Source of the DNA: Candidatus Caldarchaeum sp.
GTDB lineage: Archaea > Thermoproteota > Nitrososphaeria_A > Caldarchaeales > Caldarchaeaceae
Assembly: GCA_038740895.1 (NCBI GenBank)
Contig: JAVYLK010000020.1
Location: forward strand, 2,581 to 26,580
Length of the DNA stretch: 24,000 nt
Direction: 5' to 3'
The notes under the pieces are model-generated. The model was not told the origin of the DNA. It made no database searches and saw nothing but the letters and a program-made list of their open reading frames with translations. Positions 1 to 8,637 of this stretch are shown one piece after another (the stretch's first letter is position 1; the number at the start of each line of letters is the position of its first letter). The translations under genes and the position numbers were made by a program.

Positions 1-637
1 GGGGATGGACCCAGAGATTTGGCCTCCGCTGCTGAGACAGATACTCGTCCCTAATCAGAAGCCCGAGCAGAGGCTTGACAACGCTCTGAAGAGGCTGGGA
101 GTCAAGCCCGAGGACATAGACATAGTCATCAACACCCACCTGCATGCAGACCACTGCAGTTTCAACAGAATATTCAAGAACGCGACATGGCTAGTCCAGC
201 GTGAAGAGCTGAAACAGGCCTACGTTCCTGAGGTGCATGAAATCACATACTACAGAGGATGTTTTGACGTCGGGCTTGAGACCCAGCTGCTCGACGGAGA
301 TTACGAAGTAGTCAAGGGCGTGAGCATACTGGACACAAAAGGACACACCGCCGGCCATCAGTCCATCGCAATAGAAACCGAGAGGTCTGGAGTCTTCCTC
401 ATAACCGGGGACGCCAGCATGACGAGGGAGAACTTCCACGGCTCCGAGAGGACGAGCCCCCACGGATGGCCATGCGCGCCCGTGATCGACGCAAGGCAGT
501 ACATGCGTTCTCTTGAGAAGATGAAGAGATTTGTGCGGGAGACAGAGGCTAGGACTCTAAAAACATGCAGCATAATTTACGGCCATGACCACGCCGAGTT
601 TCAGAAGCTTAAGCTTGCGCCGAATCACTACGAGTAA
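1..637 (+). CDS. MBL-fold metallo-hydrolase (lactonase/glyoxalase II-like), probably 5'-truncated by the window edge
   Basis: ORF 5..637. The zinc motif HxHxDH appears as 'HLHADH' only ~45 aa into the ORF, followed by 'GHTAGH', 'ITGDA' and 'GHD' in the usual MBL order. The frame is open back to base 2, so the true N-terminus probably lies upstream of the window. Confidence 0.8.
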   Translation, partial: GMDPEIWPPLLRQILVPNQKPEQRLDNALKRLGVKPEDIDIVINTHLHADHCSFNRIFKNATWLVQREELKQAYVPEVHEITYYRGCFDVGLETQLLDGDYEVVKGVSILDTKGHTAGHQSIAIETERSGVFLITGDASMTRENFHGSERTSPHGWPCAPVIDARQYMRSLEKMKRFVRETEARTLKTCSIIYGHDHAEFQKLKLAPNHYE

Positions 638-721
638 ACCTCCGGACACCGGTACTCGAAAGCTCGGTTCACACCTCCCCATGCTCATGCGGATTAAGCA
701 AAAAGCATAAAACTGGTAAAA

Positions 722-729
722 CATATATC
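722..729 (+). promoter_or_regulatory. TATA-box-like element for the monooxygenase gene
   Basis: 'CATATATC' is centred ~26 nt upstream of ATG 751. The same spacing recurs at most genes in this window. Confidence 0.45.
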
Positions 730-750
730 AAAGGGAGAGCCCGCCTCCCC

Positions 751-1911
751 ATGCCCAAAACCATCGTGATCTGCGGTGGAGGAATAGCAGGGGCTTCGAT
801 GGCCGCTGCGTTGGCTAACACGAGCTATTCGGTCATCCTGTTGGAGAAAGAGGATGAAGAATATCTCGGCAGGTCGAGCGGTGGCGAGACGCTTAGGGCG
901 GAGACGTGCAGGTCGTTTGACCAGATCGGTGTTTTGAGCGACATACTGCAGTTCAGCCACTCGATAAGAAAAGGAGACAGGAGAGAGCTCCACCATATCG
1001 CCACGGGGATGCTCGGCTACTTCAGATACGATGCCTTCGCACCCGAATACCCCGTTGTCCACACACACCACAACTACATCGTCAACGGAATCCACAAATA
1101 CATTGAAAGAATAGGCGCCTCCAACATAGACATCAGGTACAGCAAGGAGGTCGTGGGAGTTGGAGATTTTAAGGACGGCAGGCGTAAGGTACATTTCATC
1201 GACAGGAAGACGAGAAGCCAAGACAGCCTTGAGGGCGACCTGATTATTGGTGCTGACGGAGGCAACTCAACGGTTAGAAGGAGTCTGGGCATTCAGGCTA
1301 ACGAAACTGACCTCGGAATATCGTATCTGATGTTCTACATTGAGAGGCTCGAAGGCTTTGAGTACGGCAGGTTTACTGTCGGGCCTCACGGGTTTATCGG
1401 AATATTTCCATCATCCGAGAACACTCTACGGCTGGCGGTTGAGGTCAAGCTGTCTGAGTTGAACAACTGGCTGAAGACAGAAAGCTCAAAGATTATTGAG
1501 AGGGTGGCCTTGAGAGACACTGCGCTGAATGGGGCGAGACTCGTCAAGCGTGGATTGCCTTTCCACATAATCATGAGGCTCAGCCCCTCCTACGTCCGCG
1601 AAGGAGCATGCATCATAGGCGATGCGGCACACGTCCCGCCGCCGATACTGGGCATGGGCATATCCCTAGCCTTGAACGATGTTCTGGCTTTAAGGAAAGT
1701 TCTGCTAGAAAACGAGGGGCGCCAGCTCAGTTTAGAAATCCTCAAAAGGTTTGAGGAAACCGCCTCGCCGTACGACGTCAAATGGGTTCAAACAAACTAC
1801 AGACTATACAGGTGGCTGAACGACATGTGTGCCGACCCACGCAACTTCGGCACCGTACCGTTGGAGGAACTTCGGGATATGGGCTTCCAGCCTCAGTCGG
1901 CAGGTGCCTGA
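751..1911 (+). CDS. FAD-dependent (class A flavoprotein) monooxygenase, UbiH/PHBH-like
   Basis: 386-aa ORF with N-terminal Rossmann 'VICGGGIAGASMAAALA' (GxGxxG), 'IIGADGGNSTVRRSLG' (DG motif) and 'IIGDAAHVPPPILGMGISLALNDV' (GD motif). Confidence 0.85.
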   Translation: MPKTIVICGGGIAGASMAAALANTSYSVILLEKEDEEYLGRSSGGETLRAETCRSFDQIGVLSDILQFSHSIRKGDRRELHHIATGMLGYFRYDAFAPEYPVVHTHHNYIVNGIHKYIERIGASNIDIRYSKEVVGVGDFKDGRRKVHFIDRKTRSQDSLEGDLIIGADGGNSTVRRSLGIQANETDLGISYLMFYIERLEGFEYGRFTVGPHGFIGIFPSSENTLRLAVEVKLSELNNWLKTESSKIIERVALRDTALNGARLVKRGLPFHIIMRLSPSYVREGACIIGDAAHVPPPILGMGISLALNDVLALRKVLLENEGRQLSLEILKRFEETASPYDVKWVQTNYRLYRWLNDMCADPRNFGTVPLEELRDMGFQPQSAGA

Positions 1912-1915
1912 TGCG

Positions 1916-2812
1916 GTGTCTGTGGGGGTCATAGGCGTCGGCTCGATGGGTGGAGCCATAGTGGAGAGGCTCCTCGCCCTCGGATACCGAGTCTCTGTCT
2001 GGGACGTTGTCAGCGATAGGATAGCCGAGTCTGTCGCCCGAGGAGCCTCACCCACAGGCTCGGCGGCCGAGCTTGTGTCCAGCCACGAATTTATCATAGC
2101 TAGCCTGCCCAGCCCGCAGGCCGTCGAGAATACATTCACCGACCCCCGTCTGGTAGAGTCGCTCCGCCCCGGCTCTATAACCATAGACATGTCGACAGTG
2201 GGCCCGAACACATCTAGGAAGGTTTACCGAGTCTTCAGCAGAAAGGGCGCCCACTATCTTGACGCGCCTGTGAGCGGGGGGCCGCGTAGGGCCGCAGCGG
2301 GGAAGCTCACGATATCCGTTGGAGGCGATTATGATGCTTTCTTAAAGGGCGAGCCCTTGCTCAAAGCTCTTGGCGAGAAGGTGTTTTATGTAGGCGGGCC
2401 GGGCAGCGGCAGCACGATGAAGCTCATCAACCAGCTTCTGGTCTTCGCCCATTCCTACGCGGCCATGGAGGCGTTAGTCCTGTGCAAGGCGTTGAACGTC
2501 GACCCCGCCAAGATGTACGAAGTCGTGACGGCGGGCTCGGGCAACTCGTTCATGTTCCAGGAGATGGTTAAGCTGGCTCTGGGGGGACAGCTGTGGGGCG
2601 GGCGAACGGAGCTCCTGATAAAAGACATCCGACTGACAAGCCGCATGGCGGTCGAGTCGGGTCTGAGCCTAAGCCTCTGCAGGTTCCTGAGCGACATCGC
2701 CGAAAAAATGGACTACGCCGGGCTAGGCGGAGAGGACGCCGTCAAGGGTTTTCTAGAGTATGTCTCCGGAGCCTCCCAGAACAAAGAACAAGAATCAAAA
2801 TCAACGCGTTAA
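1916..2812 (+). CDS. NAD(P)-dependent beta-hydroxyacid dehydrogenase (3-hydroxyisobutyrate / 6-phosphogluconate dehydrogenase family)
   Basis: The track ORF 1829..2812 would overlap the upstream gene by 83 nt. An in-frame GTG at 1916 (or 1922) lies 4 nt after the upstream TGA and directly precedes the dinucleotide fingerprint 'VGVIGVGSMGGAIVERLLALGYRVSVWD'. Later motifs 'DAPVSGG' and 'GSGSTMKLINQ' fit the family. Confidence 0.8.
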   Translation: MSVGVIGVGSMGGAIVERLLALGYRVSVWDVVSDRIAESVARGASPTGSAAELVSSHEFIIASLPSPQAVENTFTDPRLVESLRPGSITIDMSTVGPNTSRKVYRVFSRKGAHYLDAPVSGGPRRAAAGKLTISVGGDYDAFLKGEPLLKALGEKVFYVGGPGSGSTMKLINQLLVFAHSYAAMEALVLCKALNVDPAKMYEVVTAGSGNSFMFQEMVKLALGGQLWGGRTELLIKDIRLTSRMAVESGLSLSLCRFLSDIAEKMDYAGLGGEDAVKGFLEYVSGASQNKEQESKSTR

Positions 2813-2916
2813 GGCTGATGAGATCCCGAGACGCTCGGCCGCCAGGTCTCTAAACAGCACCCGGTTCGGCGCAAAACACCGCTCATCGATTTTTGGGTTC
2901 CTCGTAAGCCGCAAGG

Positions 2917-4041
2917 CTACACGACGTGTTTTAGTACTTTCGTCAGTGTTTCAAGCGCCTCGTCCACGTCTGCCTTGCTGTTGAAGAAGTGGTGGGCAAA
3001 CCTCAAGCCCGGCCCACGTGCTGAAGTAATCACCTTGTTTCGTCTCATGGCAAGCTCAACGTCGTGGGACTTCGGGCCGACATGCATGGATATCGTCGGG
3101 CCCAGCGGCTTCTCAACGGGGCTGAAGGACTCAAGCCCTGCTGCGAGGGCCTCATCCCTGAAGTAATCCCGGAGCTTGGAGACGCGCCCCCATATCCTGT
3201 CGACGCCCAGCTCGTGTATGATTGACATGCCTGCGGCGGCTGCGTACATGCTCACCACGCTCCACGTTCCCATCTCGAAACGCTTGGCGTCAGGCCGGTA
3301 GTCCATCTGCTCCCTGCCGAAGAGGAAAGGGTCTTTCTGGGAAAACCAGCTAACAGCCGAGGGCTTCAGGTCGTCTACCAGGTCTTTTCTGACGTAGAGG
3401 AAGGCGGCTCCAGGTATCCCGAGGAGAAACTTTGTCGTTCCCGCCACGAGGAAGTCGACGCCGTCCTTGGAAACATCGAGGGGCACAGCTCCCAGCCCTT
3501 GATACGCATCCGCCAGCAGGTAGGAGCCGTTGCCATGGCATATCTCGGACAGGGACCTTAGGTCTTGCCGGAAGCCGTTGAGGGCGCTGACCTGGAAGGT
3601 GGCTACCATGAGGGTGCGGTCGTCCATGGCCTTCTCAAACTCCTCCAAACCAATTATCCCGTCCCGGCTTCTCAGAGTTTCGACCCTAAACCCATAGGAT
3701 CTGAAGCCCTGAAGCGTCACGCCTAGAGTAGGGTAATCCAGATCCGTGGTGATAATCTTGTCTCGTTTGCCGGGTTTGAAGGCGCTGAGTAAGGAGATGA
3801 GAGCACTGCTGGCAGAGTAGTGGGGACATACTTCATCACGAGCAGCCCCTACGAGGTCGGCGAAAAGGTCTGACGCACGGTAAACTTCCGCCATCCACTC
3901 CTCCCACGGGTTTCCATGCTTCACAATACTCATCTCATAACGTTTTATGGCCTTCATCACGTCTAGGCTCATCGGCCCCTGACTGCAGCTTGCGAAGTAT
4001 GCTTTCCCACGGATGGATGGAAGCCGTCTGCTCCAGCTCAT
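2917..4041 (-). CDS. class V (fold type I) PLP-dependent aminotransferase / desulfurase-like enzyme
   Basis: The track ORF is 2917..4191. I prefer ATG 4041 ('MSWSRRLPSIRGKAYFASCSQGP') because the 4191 start overlaps the UbiD gene by 70 nt and a TATA-like box sits at 4063-4072. The core 'LLADAYQGLGAVPLDVSKDGVDFLVAGTTKFLLGIPGAAFLYVRKD' matches the class V D-x-x-Q...K(PLP) pattern. Confidence 0.8.
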   Translation of the reverse strand: MSWSRRLPSIRGKAYFASCSQGPMSLDVMKAIKRYEMSIVKHGNPWEEWMAEVYRASDLFADLVGAARDEVCPHYSASSALISLLSAFKPGKRDKIITTDLDYPTLGVTLQGFRSYGFRVETLRSRDGIIGLEEFEKAMDDRTLMVATFQVSALNGFRQDLRSLSEICHGNGSYLLADAYQGLGAVPLDVSKDGVDFLVAGTTKFLLGIPGAAFLYVRKDLVDDLKPSAVSWFSQKDPFLFGREQMDYRPDAKRFEMGTWSVVSMYAAAAGMSIIHELGVDRIWGRVSKLRDYFRDEALAAGLESFSPVEKPLGPTISMHVGPKSHDVELAMRRNKVITSARGPGLRFAHHFFNSKADVDEALETLTKVLKHVV

Positions 4042-4062
4042 CCCGAGGGTACTCGAGACGGC

Positions 4063-4072
4063 TTTATCTAAA
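4063..4072 (-). promoter_or_regulatory. TATA-box-like element for the class V aminotransferase
   Basis: The minus strand reads 'TTTAGATAAA', centred ~26 nt upstream of ATG 4041, in the 80-nt gap after the UbiD stop (4122). Confidence 0.4.
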
Positions 4073-4121
4073 TGTTCGCATGCGGAGCCTAGCTTAATGC
4101 TTGATGTTCTCAGGAGCGGGG

Positions 4122-5648
4122 TTAGGATTTTCTGACGTATCGGCCCAGCTGGTCTCTCGTGATAAGCTCTTTCTCCCTCAGCAAGGTCCATGCCTTCAGA
4201 AATTCCCGGTAGGTTTTTCCGTCGTATTTCAACGCCAGCTCGCCGAAGTACCGGGGCTGCCGGAGAAACTCCAGAACTTGCTCCAAGCTAACCTGTTCCT
4301 GACGCCCGTCTCGCATAGGCTTGGTCGGCAAGCATCGTTTGAACCTTTCTCGGTTTCTGTCCACGGGGATTGTGGCGTCGAAGCCCATCTTGGACGTGCT
4401 GACAGGCGGCATGTCTGAAGGCAGGGACGGGTCGAGCGGTATCGCCCTGAGGTCCTGAAGTATGATTACGTCCTCCGAGGGCTGGGCCCTGAAGGTCATA
4501 GCCCATATGACGGCCTCGTCGTCGTAGATGTCTATGTCCTCGTCCACCACCACGGCGTATTTGGGGAAAGACTGCCTGGACGAGGTCAGAAGCAGGTAGA
4601 GAGCGGTTTTAGCATCGCCCTTAGCCCTCGGCTTGATGCTGGCTACTGCCCACATACCGCATCCACCCGGATGAAGCCGCACACCTCTTACTTCTATGCC
4701 CGCTTGCTTCAGCGACCGCTGCAGTTCCATCTCGATGATTGGGAAGAGTAGGTGGAGGTCGGTCCATCCCGGCCTCGTGCCCCCATGCGTTGCTGACAGG
4801 AATATTGGGTTCCGCCTGTGGGTTATCGCCTTGACCTTCATGACGGGGTTCATTTTCATGCCGCCGTAGGTGCCCGTGAACTCGCCGTAGGGGCCCTCGT
4901 CTCTTGTCCAGCCAACGGGAGGCATCTCGCACTCAAGAACTATCTCGCTGTTTGCAGGCACGTAGAGGTCCATCGTCTCGCACTTCACTAGCTCAACAGG
5001 CTCTCCACGAACCCCTCCCAAAACCTCGTACTCGTCCACGTCGAAAGACGACATCACAGACCCGAGGAGGTCAATAGTCGGCAGGCCAATCACAACAGCG
5101 CATTCAAGCGATTTACCCATCTCCAGAGCCTTCTGATAATACGCTCTAAGCTTGTGGGGAGCCGTGACGTCTACACCCGTCTCGTTTCTGGTTCTAAGCA
5201 TCATCCGGTATATCCCCATGTTGTAAACCAGCCGCTCGGGGTCTTTCGCAACCGCTACTGAGGCCGTTATGTAGGGCGCCGCGTCCAGCTCATGCTGCAG
5301 ATGCAGCGGGAAGACAGTGAGGTCCACCTCCTCCCCCGTCTTCACAACTTCCTTGCACGGGGAGTCGGAGACCTTTACTGGCGGGATCCTTCTCTGGCTT
5401 CTCCGCTCAAGCTCTTCAACGACGTTCCTTTCGTCGACACCCAGCGCCAGCGCTATCATCCTCCTGTTGGACGCCGTGTTCGCAGCAAGGGGAATGTCAT
5501 ATCCGTTGATCCGCTCGATGAGAGTTGCTTTGGTGTAGTTGGCGGATACTATTTCAGCGACTTCATGTATAGATACCTCGCGGCTGACTCGATGCAACAA
5601 TCCGTTGGCCTCTAACGTCTTGAGCCATTCGCCGAGACTGATTGACAC
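4122..5648 (-). CDS. UbiD-family (prenyl-FMN-dependent) decarboxylase
   Basis: 508-aa ORF with a GTG start. It has N-terminal 'LKTLEANGLLHRVSREVS' and central 'DEGPYGEFTGTYG', which matches the UbiD E-G-P-[FY]-G-E-x-T-G signature. Confidence 0.9.
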   Translation of the reverse strand: MSISLGEWLKTLEANGLLHRVSREVSIHEVAEIVSANYTKATLIERINGYDIPLAANTASNRRMIALALGVDERNVVEELERRSQRRIPPVKVSDSPCKEVVKTGEEVDLTVFPLHLQHELDAAPYITASVAVAKDPERLVYNMGIYRMMLRTRNETGVDVTAPHKLRAYYQKALEMGKSLECAVVIGLPTIDLLGSVMSSFDVDEYEVLGGVRGEPVELVKCETMDLYVPANSEIVLECEMPPVGWTRDEGPYGEFTGTYGGMKMNPVMKVKAITHRRNPIFLSATHGGTRPGWTDLHLLFPIIEMELQRSLKQAGIEVRGVRLHPGGCGMWAVASIKPRAKGDAKTALYLLLTSSRQSFPKYAVVVDEDIDIYDDEAVIWAMTFRAQPSEDVIILQDLRAIPLDPSLPSDMPPVSTSKMGFDATIPVDRNRERFKRCLPTKPMRDGRQEQVSLEQVLEFLRQPRYFGELALKYDGKTYREFLKAWTLLREKELITRDQLGRYVRKS

Positions 5649-5672
5649 GTCGCGTTATCGGCTCAACCCTGC

Positions 5673-5680
5673 TTATATAA
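5673..5680 (-). promoter_or_regulatory. TATA box for the UbiD-family gene
   Basis: 'TTATATAA' is centred 28 nt upstream of GTG 5648. Confidence 0.5.
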
Positions 5681-5763
5681 CGTTTACACACTTCGCCCTG
5701 CAAATCCTCGAAGGATTGACCGTGCCGGCGAAAGCAAGCCGAGCCATGTCCGGACAAGCTCCA

Positions 5764-5773
5764 TTTTTATATA
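5764..5773 (+). promoter_or_regulatory. TATA box for the class III aminotransferase
   Basis: 'TTTTTATATA' is centred ~27 nt upstream of ATG 5796. Confidence 0.5.
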
Positions 5774-5795
5774 GCCGACGACCCGTGCCGCATAC

Positions 5796-7151
5796 ATGGC
5801 TAGCTTAAGAAAGTCCGGCGATCACTTCAAAGCTGTAAGCAGAATCATGCCGGGAGGCGTCAGCTCAAACCTCCGGTTTTACCACCCCCATCCCATCTAC
5901 TTCAAGCGTGCAGAAGGCCCCTACATCTGGGACTTGGACGAAAACAGGTACGTGGACTGTGTGATAGGCCACAGCGGCGTAATCCTCGGACACAAATATC
6001 CGAAGGTGTTGGAAGCGGTTTTCTCGGCGGTCGAGACCGGCCTCACCACCTCCTACGAGACGGAGCTAGCTTACAGGGTGGCTAAGCTAATCCACGAGAC
6101 CGTCCCCTCGGCCGAGATGGTCAGGTTCGCGTGCACGGGCAGCGAGGCTGTCGCCAAAGCCGTGGTCATGGCTAAGGGCTATACGGGCCGGGACTGGCTG
6201 GTCAAGTGCGAGGGAGAGTATCATGGATGGTACGACCCAGTCCACGTCAGCCTCTTCCCCAGCCTTGATAAAGCCGGGCCAGACCACAGCCCAACACCGG
6301 TGGTTGAGACAAAAGGGATGATGGCCGGCGTCGAGAAAACGCTCGTTGTGCCCTACAACGACGCCGAAGCGCTTGAGAGGGTCTTAAGGGATAGACATTC
6401 GGAGATAGCCTGCGTCGTGATGGAGCCGGTTGCCCACGGGATGGGGGTTGTTCCGCCCAAACACGACTACCTGAAGCAGGTGAGGGAGACGACTGAGAAA
6501 TATGATGTCTTGCTTGTGTTCGACGAGATAATTTCAGGCTTCCGTTCTGCGGCTGGCGGTGCTCAGCAGTACTATGGGGTTAAGCCGGACTTGACTACGC
6601 TGGGTAAGGCCATGTCCAACGGCTTCCCGCTGAGCGCAGTCGCAGGCGTTGAAGATGTTATGATGGTGTCGGCGCCTAACACAGGCAAGGTCTCCTACTC
6701 GGGAACCTTCAACGGCTACCAGCTGGCCCTAGCCGCGGCAGAAGCCACCATCAACGAGATAAGAACTGCAGACGTGCCGCAGTACCTCCACAAGGCGACC
6801 AACATGCTCGTGGAGTCGTTCAACAGGCTTGCATCGGACCTCGGCGTTGCGGCACGGGCCCAAGGACTCGCCGGCCAGTTTCAGAACTATTTCACGGCTA
6901 AGCCCGTTTACAACTACAGGGACGCCGTCATGTCAGACGACCAAATGTACAGATTTTTCAGAGAGAGCTTGCTGGAGGACGGCGTGTTTTACCTGCCTTA
7001 CAAGGTCTTCCATCACGGCCTCACCTACAGCCACCGCGACGCCGAGCTCAAGCACATTCTCGAGGCCTACGCAAATGCGTTGGATAAACTCGTTGAGCTA
7101 CAGAGGGCTGGGAAGACGAGTGGTATGAACGCCTACGGGCCTTCTCTCTGA
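5796..7151 (+). CDS. class III aminotransferase (glutamate-1-semialdehyde aminomutase-like / omega-aminotransferase)
   Basis: 451-aa ORF with 'MPGGVSSNLRFY', 'DEIISGFRSAAGG' and 'TLGKAMSNGFPLSAV' (candidate PLP lysine), in the order typical of the GSA-AT/class III family. Confidence 0.85.
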   Translation: MASLRKSGDHFKAVSRIMPGGVSSNLRFYHPHPIYFKRAEGPYIWDLDENRYVDCVIGHSGVILGHKYPKVLEAVFSAVETGLTTSYETELAYRVAKLIHETVPSAEMVRFACTGSEAVAKAVVMAKGYTGRDWLVKCEGEYHGWYDPVHVSLFPSLDKAGPDHSPTPVVETKGMMAGVEKTLVVPYNDAEALERVLRDRHSEIACVVMEPVAHGMGVVPPKHDYLKQVRETTEKYDVLLVFDEIISGFRSAAGGAQQYYGVKPDLTTLGKAMSNGFPLSAVAGVEDVMMVSAPNTGKVSYSGTFNGYQLALAAAEATINEIRTADVPQYLHKATNMLVESFNRLASDLGVAARAQGLAGQFQNYFTAKPVYNYRDAVMSDDQMYRFFRESLLEDGVFYLPYKVFHHGLTYSHRDAELKHILEAYANALDKLVELQRAGKTSGMNAYGPSL

Positions 7152-7873
7152 GCCCCGCGTCCAGTCTTCAGGCCGAGAAAGACCTGCTGCAAATCGAGGG
7201 TCATTAGTTCTTTCGGCGAGCCCTCGTAGGTCTTGACACCGGAGACAAGCACGCACACTCTGTCGGCGAGTTTGAGTGCGAAGCTTACGTTCTGCTCAAC
7301 GATGATGACGGGTATGCCGGCTGCTTTAATCGCTCTAACCTTCTCGGCGACGGCTGATGAGGCTTTAGGCGACAGGTTTGCCGTCGGCTCATCCAGCATC
7401 ATCAAACGTGGGGTGGCCATCATAGCCCTAGCTATGGCCAGCATCTGCCTCTCACCACCGCTCATCAGCCCCGCCCTCTTTTTCATGAAGGGCTGGATTT
7501 CATGGAAGACTTGATTGACCTCAGCCATCTTTCTGGCGAGAAGCTCTTTGTCGTTGATGCTGTAGCCTCCAAGCTCGAGGTTCTCCTCGACTGTTAGGCC
7601 CGTGAAAACGTTATCCACCTGAGGCGTGAACGCTATGCCTGCTCTCGCCACGTCCTCTGTTTTCATCCCCACCAGCTCCAGCCCGTCGAGCTTAATGCTT
7701 CCGCCGAAGACGTTGGTGAGACCCACCACGCTCTTCAGAAGTGTTGACTTGCCGCTGCCGTTGGGGCCGATTATGGCTACGACCTCGCCCTCCCGAACCT
7801 CCAAGTCTATGCCGTGAATTATCTCCACAGGGCCGTAGCCAGCTCTCAAACCTTTGACCTCAAGCCTAGTCAA
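7133..7873 (-). CDS. livF: ABC transporter ATP-binding protein, LivF-like (system 1)
   Basis: Walker A 'GPNGSGKST', signature 'MSGGERQML', Walker B 'LMMLDEPT', and N-terminal 'LEVKGLRAGYG'. It has a TTG start that overlaps the upstream gene by 8 nt, and its 3' end overlaps the convergent aminotransferase by 19 nt. Confidence 0.9.
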   Translation of the reverse strand: MTRLEVKGLRAGYGPVEIIHGIDLEVREGEVVAIIGPNGSGKSTLLKSVVGLTNVFGGSIKLDGLELVGMKTEDVARAGIAFTPQVDNVFTGLTVEENLELGGYSINDKELLARKMAEVNQVFHEIQPFMKKRAGLMSGGERQMLAIARAMMATPRLMMLDEPTANLSPKASSAVAEKVRAIKAAGIPVIIVEQNVSFALKLADRVCVLVSGVKTYEGSPKELMTLDLQQVFLGLKTGRGAQREGP

Positions 7874-8615
7874 CAGCCCTCTCCTCAGCCACGTAGATGG
7901 ACATTAGTTTCTTGTCCATGAGCACTTCCGCCGGCCTTCCGCTCAAGTACACCCTCCCCCGATGCATCACATAAACCCAGTCGGTGAACTCCTCCACTAC
8001 GTTGAGCCTGTGCTCTATCAAGAAAACCGTCAGGCCTTCGACATCTCGGTAATGCTTGATTACCTCGAATATCTTGGCTACGAGGACAGGGCTAACACCC
8101 GCCGCAGGCTCGTCCAGCAGCAGAAGCTTTGGGTTGCTCATCAAAGCACGTCCCAGCTCCAGGAGCTTTAGCTGCCCGCCTGACAACTCGCTGGGCATCC
8201 TCTCTGAGTAGCCGGCTAGGCCCAAATTGTCCAAAATCCCCAGAGCCCTCTCGATGAACTCTCGTTCCTGTCTCTGAAATCTTCGCCTCATGAAAACGGC
8301 TGCAGCGGGGTTGTCGCCCAGCTGGCTCCTAGCAGCGAAGACTAGGTTGTCCAGCACGGTCATCTTGAAGAAAACCCGCGGGAACTGGAAGCTCCTGCCG
8401 ACTCCAAGCCGGAATATTTGATGCGGTTTGAGGCCAGTTATGTTCCTGCCCTCGAAGAATATCGCGCCTGAGTCGGGGCGGTATACGCCTGTTATCAGGT
8501 TGAAGAGCGACGTCTTGCCGCTGCCGTTCGGCCCTATAAGCCCAAATATCTTGGAGCACTCTACTCGGAGGCTAACATCGTCCACCGCCCGAAGTCCGCC
8601 GAAGCTGAGGCTCAC
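7866..8615 (-). CDS. livG: ABC transporter ATP-binding protein, LivG-like (system 1)
   Basis: 'FGGLRAV', Walker A 'GPNGSGKTS', signature 'LSGGQLKLLEL' and Walker B 'LLLLDEPAAG'. GTG 8615 is the first canonical start, but family-like sequence continues upstream (see findings). Confidence 0.85.
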   Translation of the reverse strand: MSLSFGGLRAVDDVSLRVECSKIFGLIGPNGSGKTSLFNLITGVYRPDSGAIFFEGRNITGLKPHQIFRLGVGRSFQFPRVFFKMTVLDNLVFAARSQLGDNPAAAVFMRRRFQRQEREFIERALGILDNLGLAGYSERMPSELSGGQLKLLELGRALMSNPKLLLLDEPAAGVSPVLVAKIFEVIKHYRDVEGLTVFLIEHRLNVVEEFTDWVYVMHRGRVYLSGRPAEVLMDKKLMSIYVAEERAVD

Positions 8616-8637
8616 ATTCCTAGTCTCTAGAATAGAG

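Noticed and set aside
2917-4191. Long form of the class V aminotransferase starting at 4191.
   Set aside because: It would overlap the UbiD-family gene by 70 nt. A TATA-like box (4063-4072) lies inside this extension, and the family-typical N-terminus begins at ATG 4041.
4101-5615. Track ORFs antisense or out of frame within the UbiD gene (4101..4418, 4288..4506, 4621..4932, 5292..5615, 5317..5538). Similar shadow ORFs occur inside the monooxygenase, transporter and aminotransferase genes.
   Set aside because: All are embedded in longer ORFs with clear family motifs. Their translations are low-complexity (Arg/Pro/Ser-rich), as is typical of GC-rich shadow frames.
751-5648. UbiH-like monooxygenase plus UbiD as a ubiquinone biosynthesis locus.
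   Set aside because: No other ubi genes (UbiA, UbiX, methyltransferases) are present. The archaeal context and the two aminotransferases do not fit ubiquinone synthesis. This is family-level similarity only.
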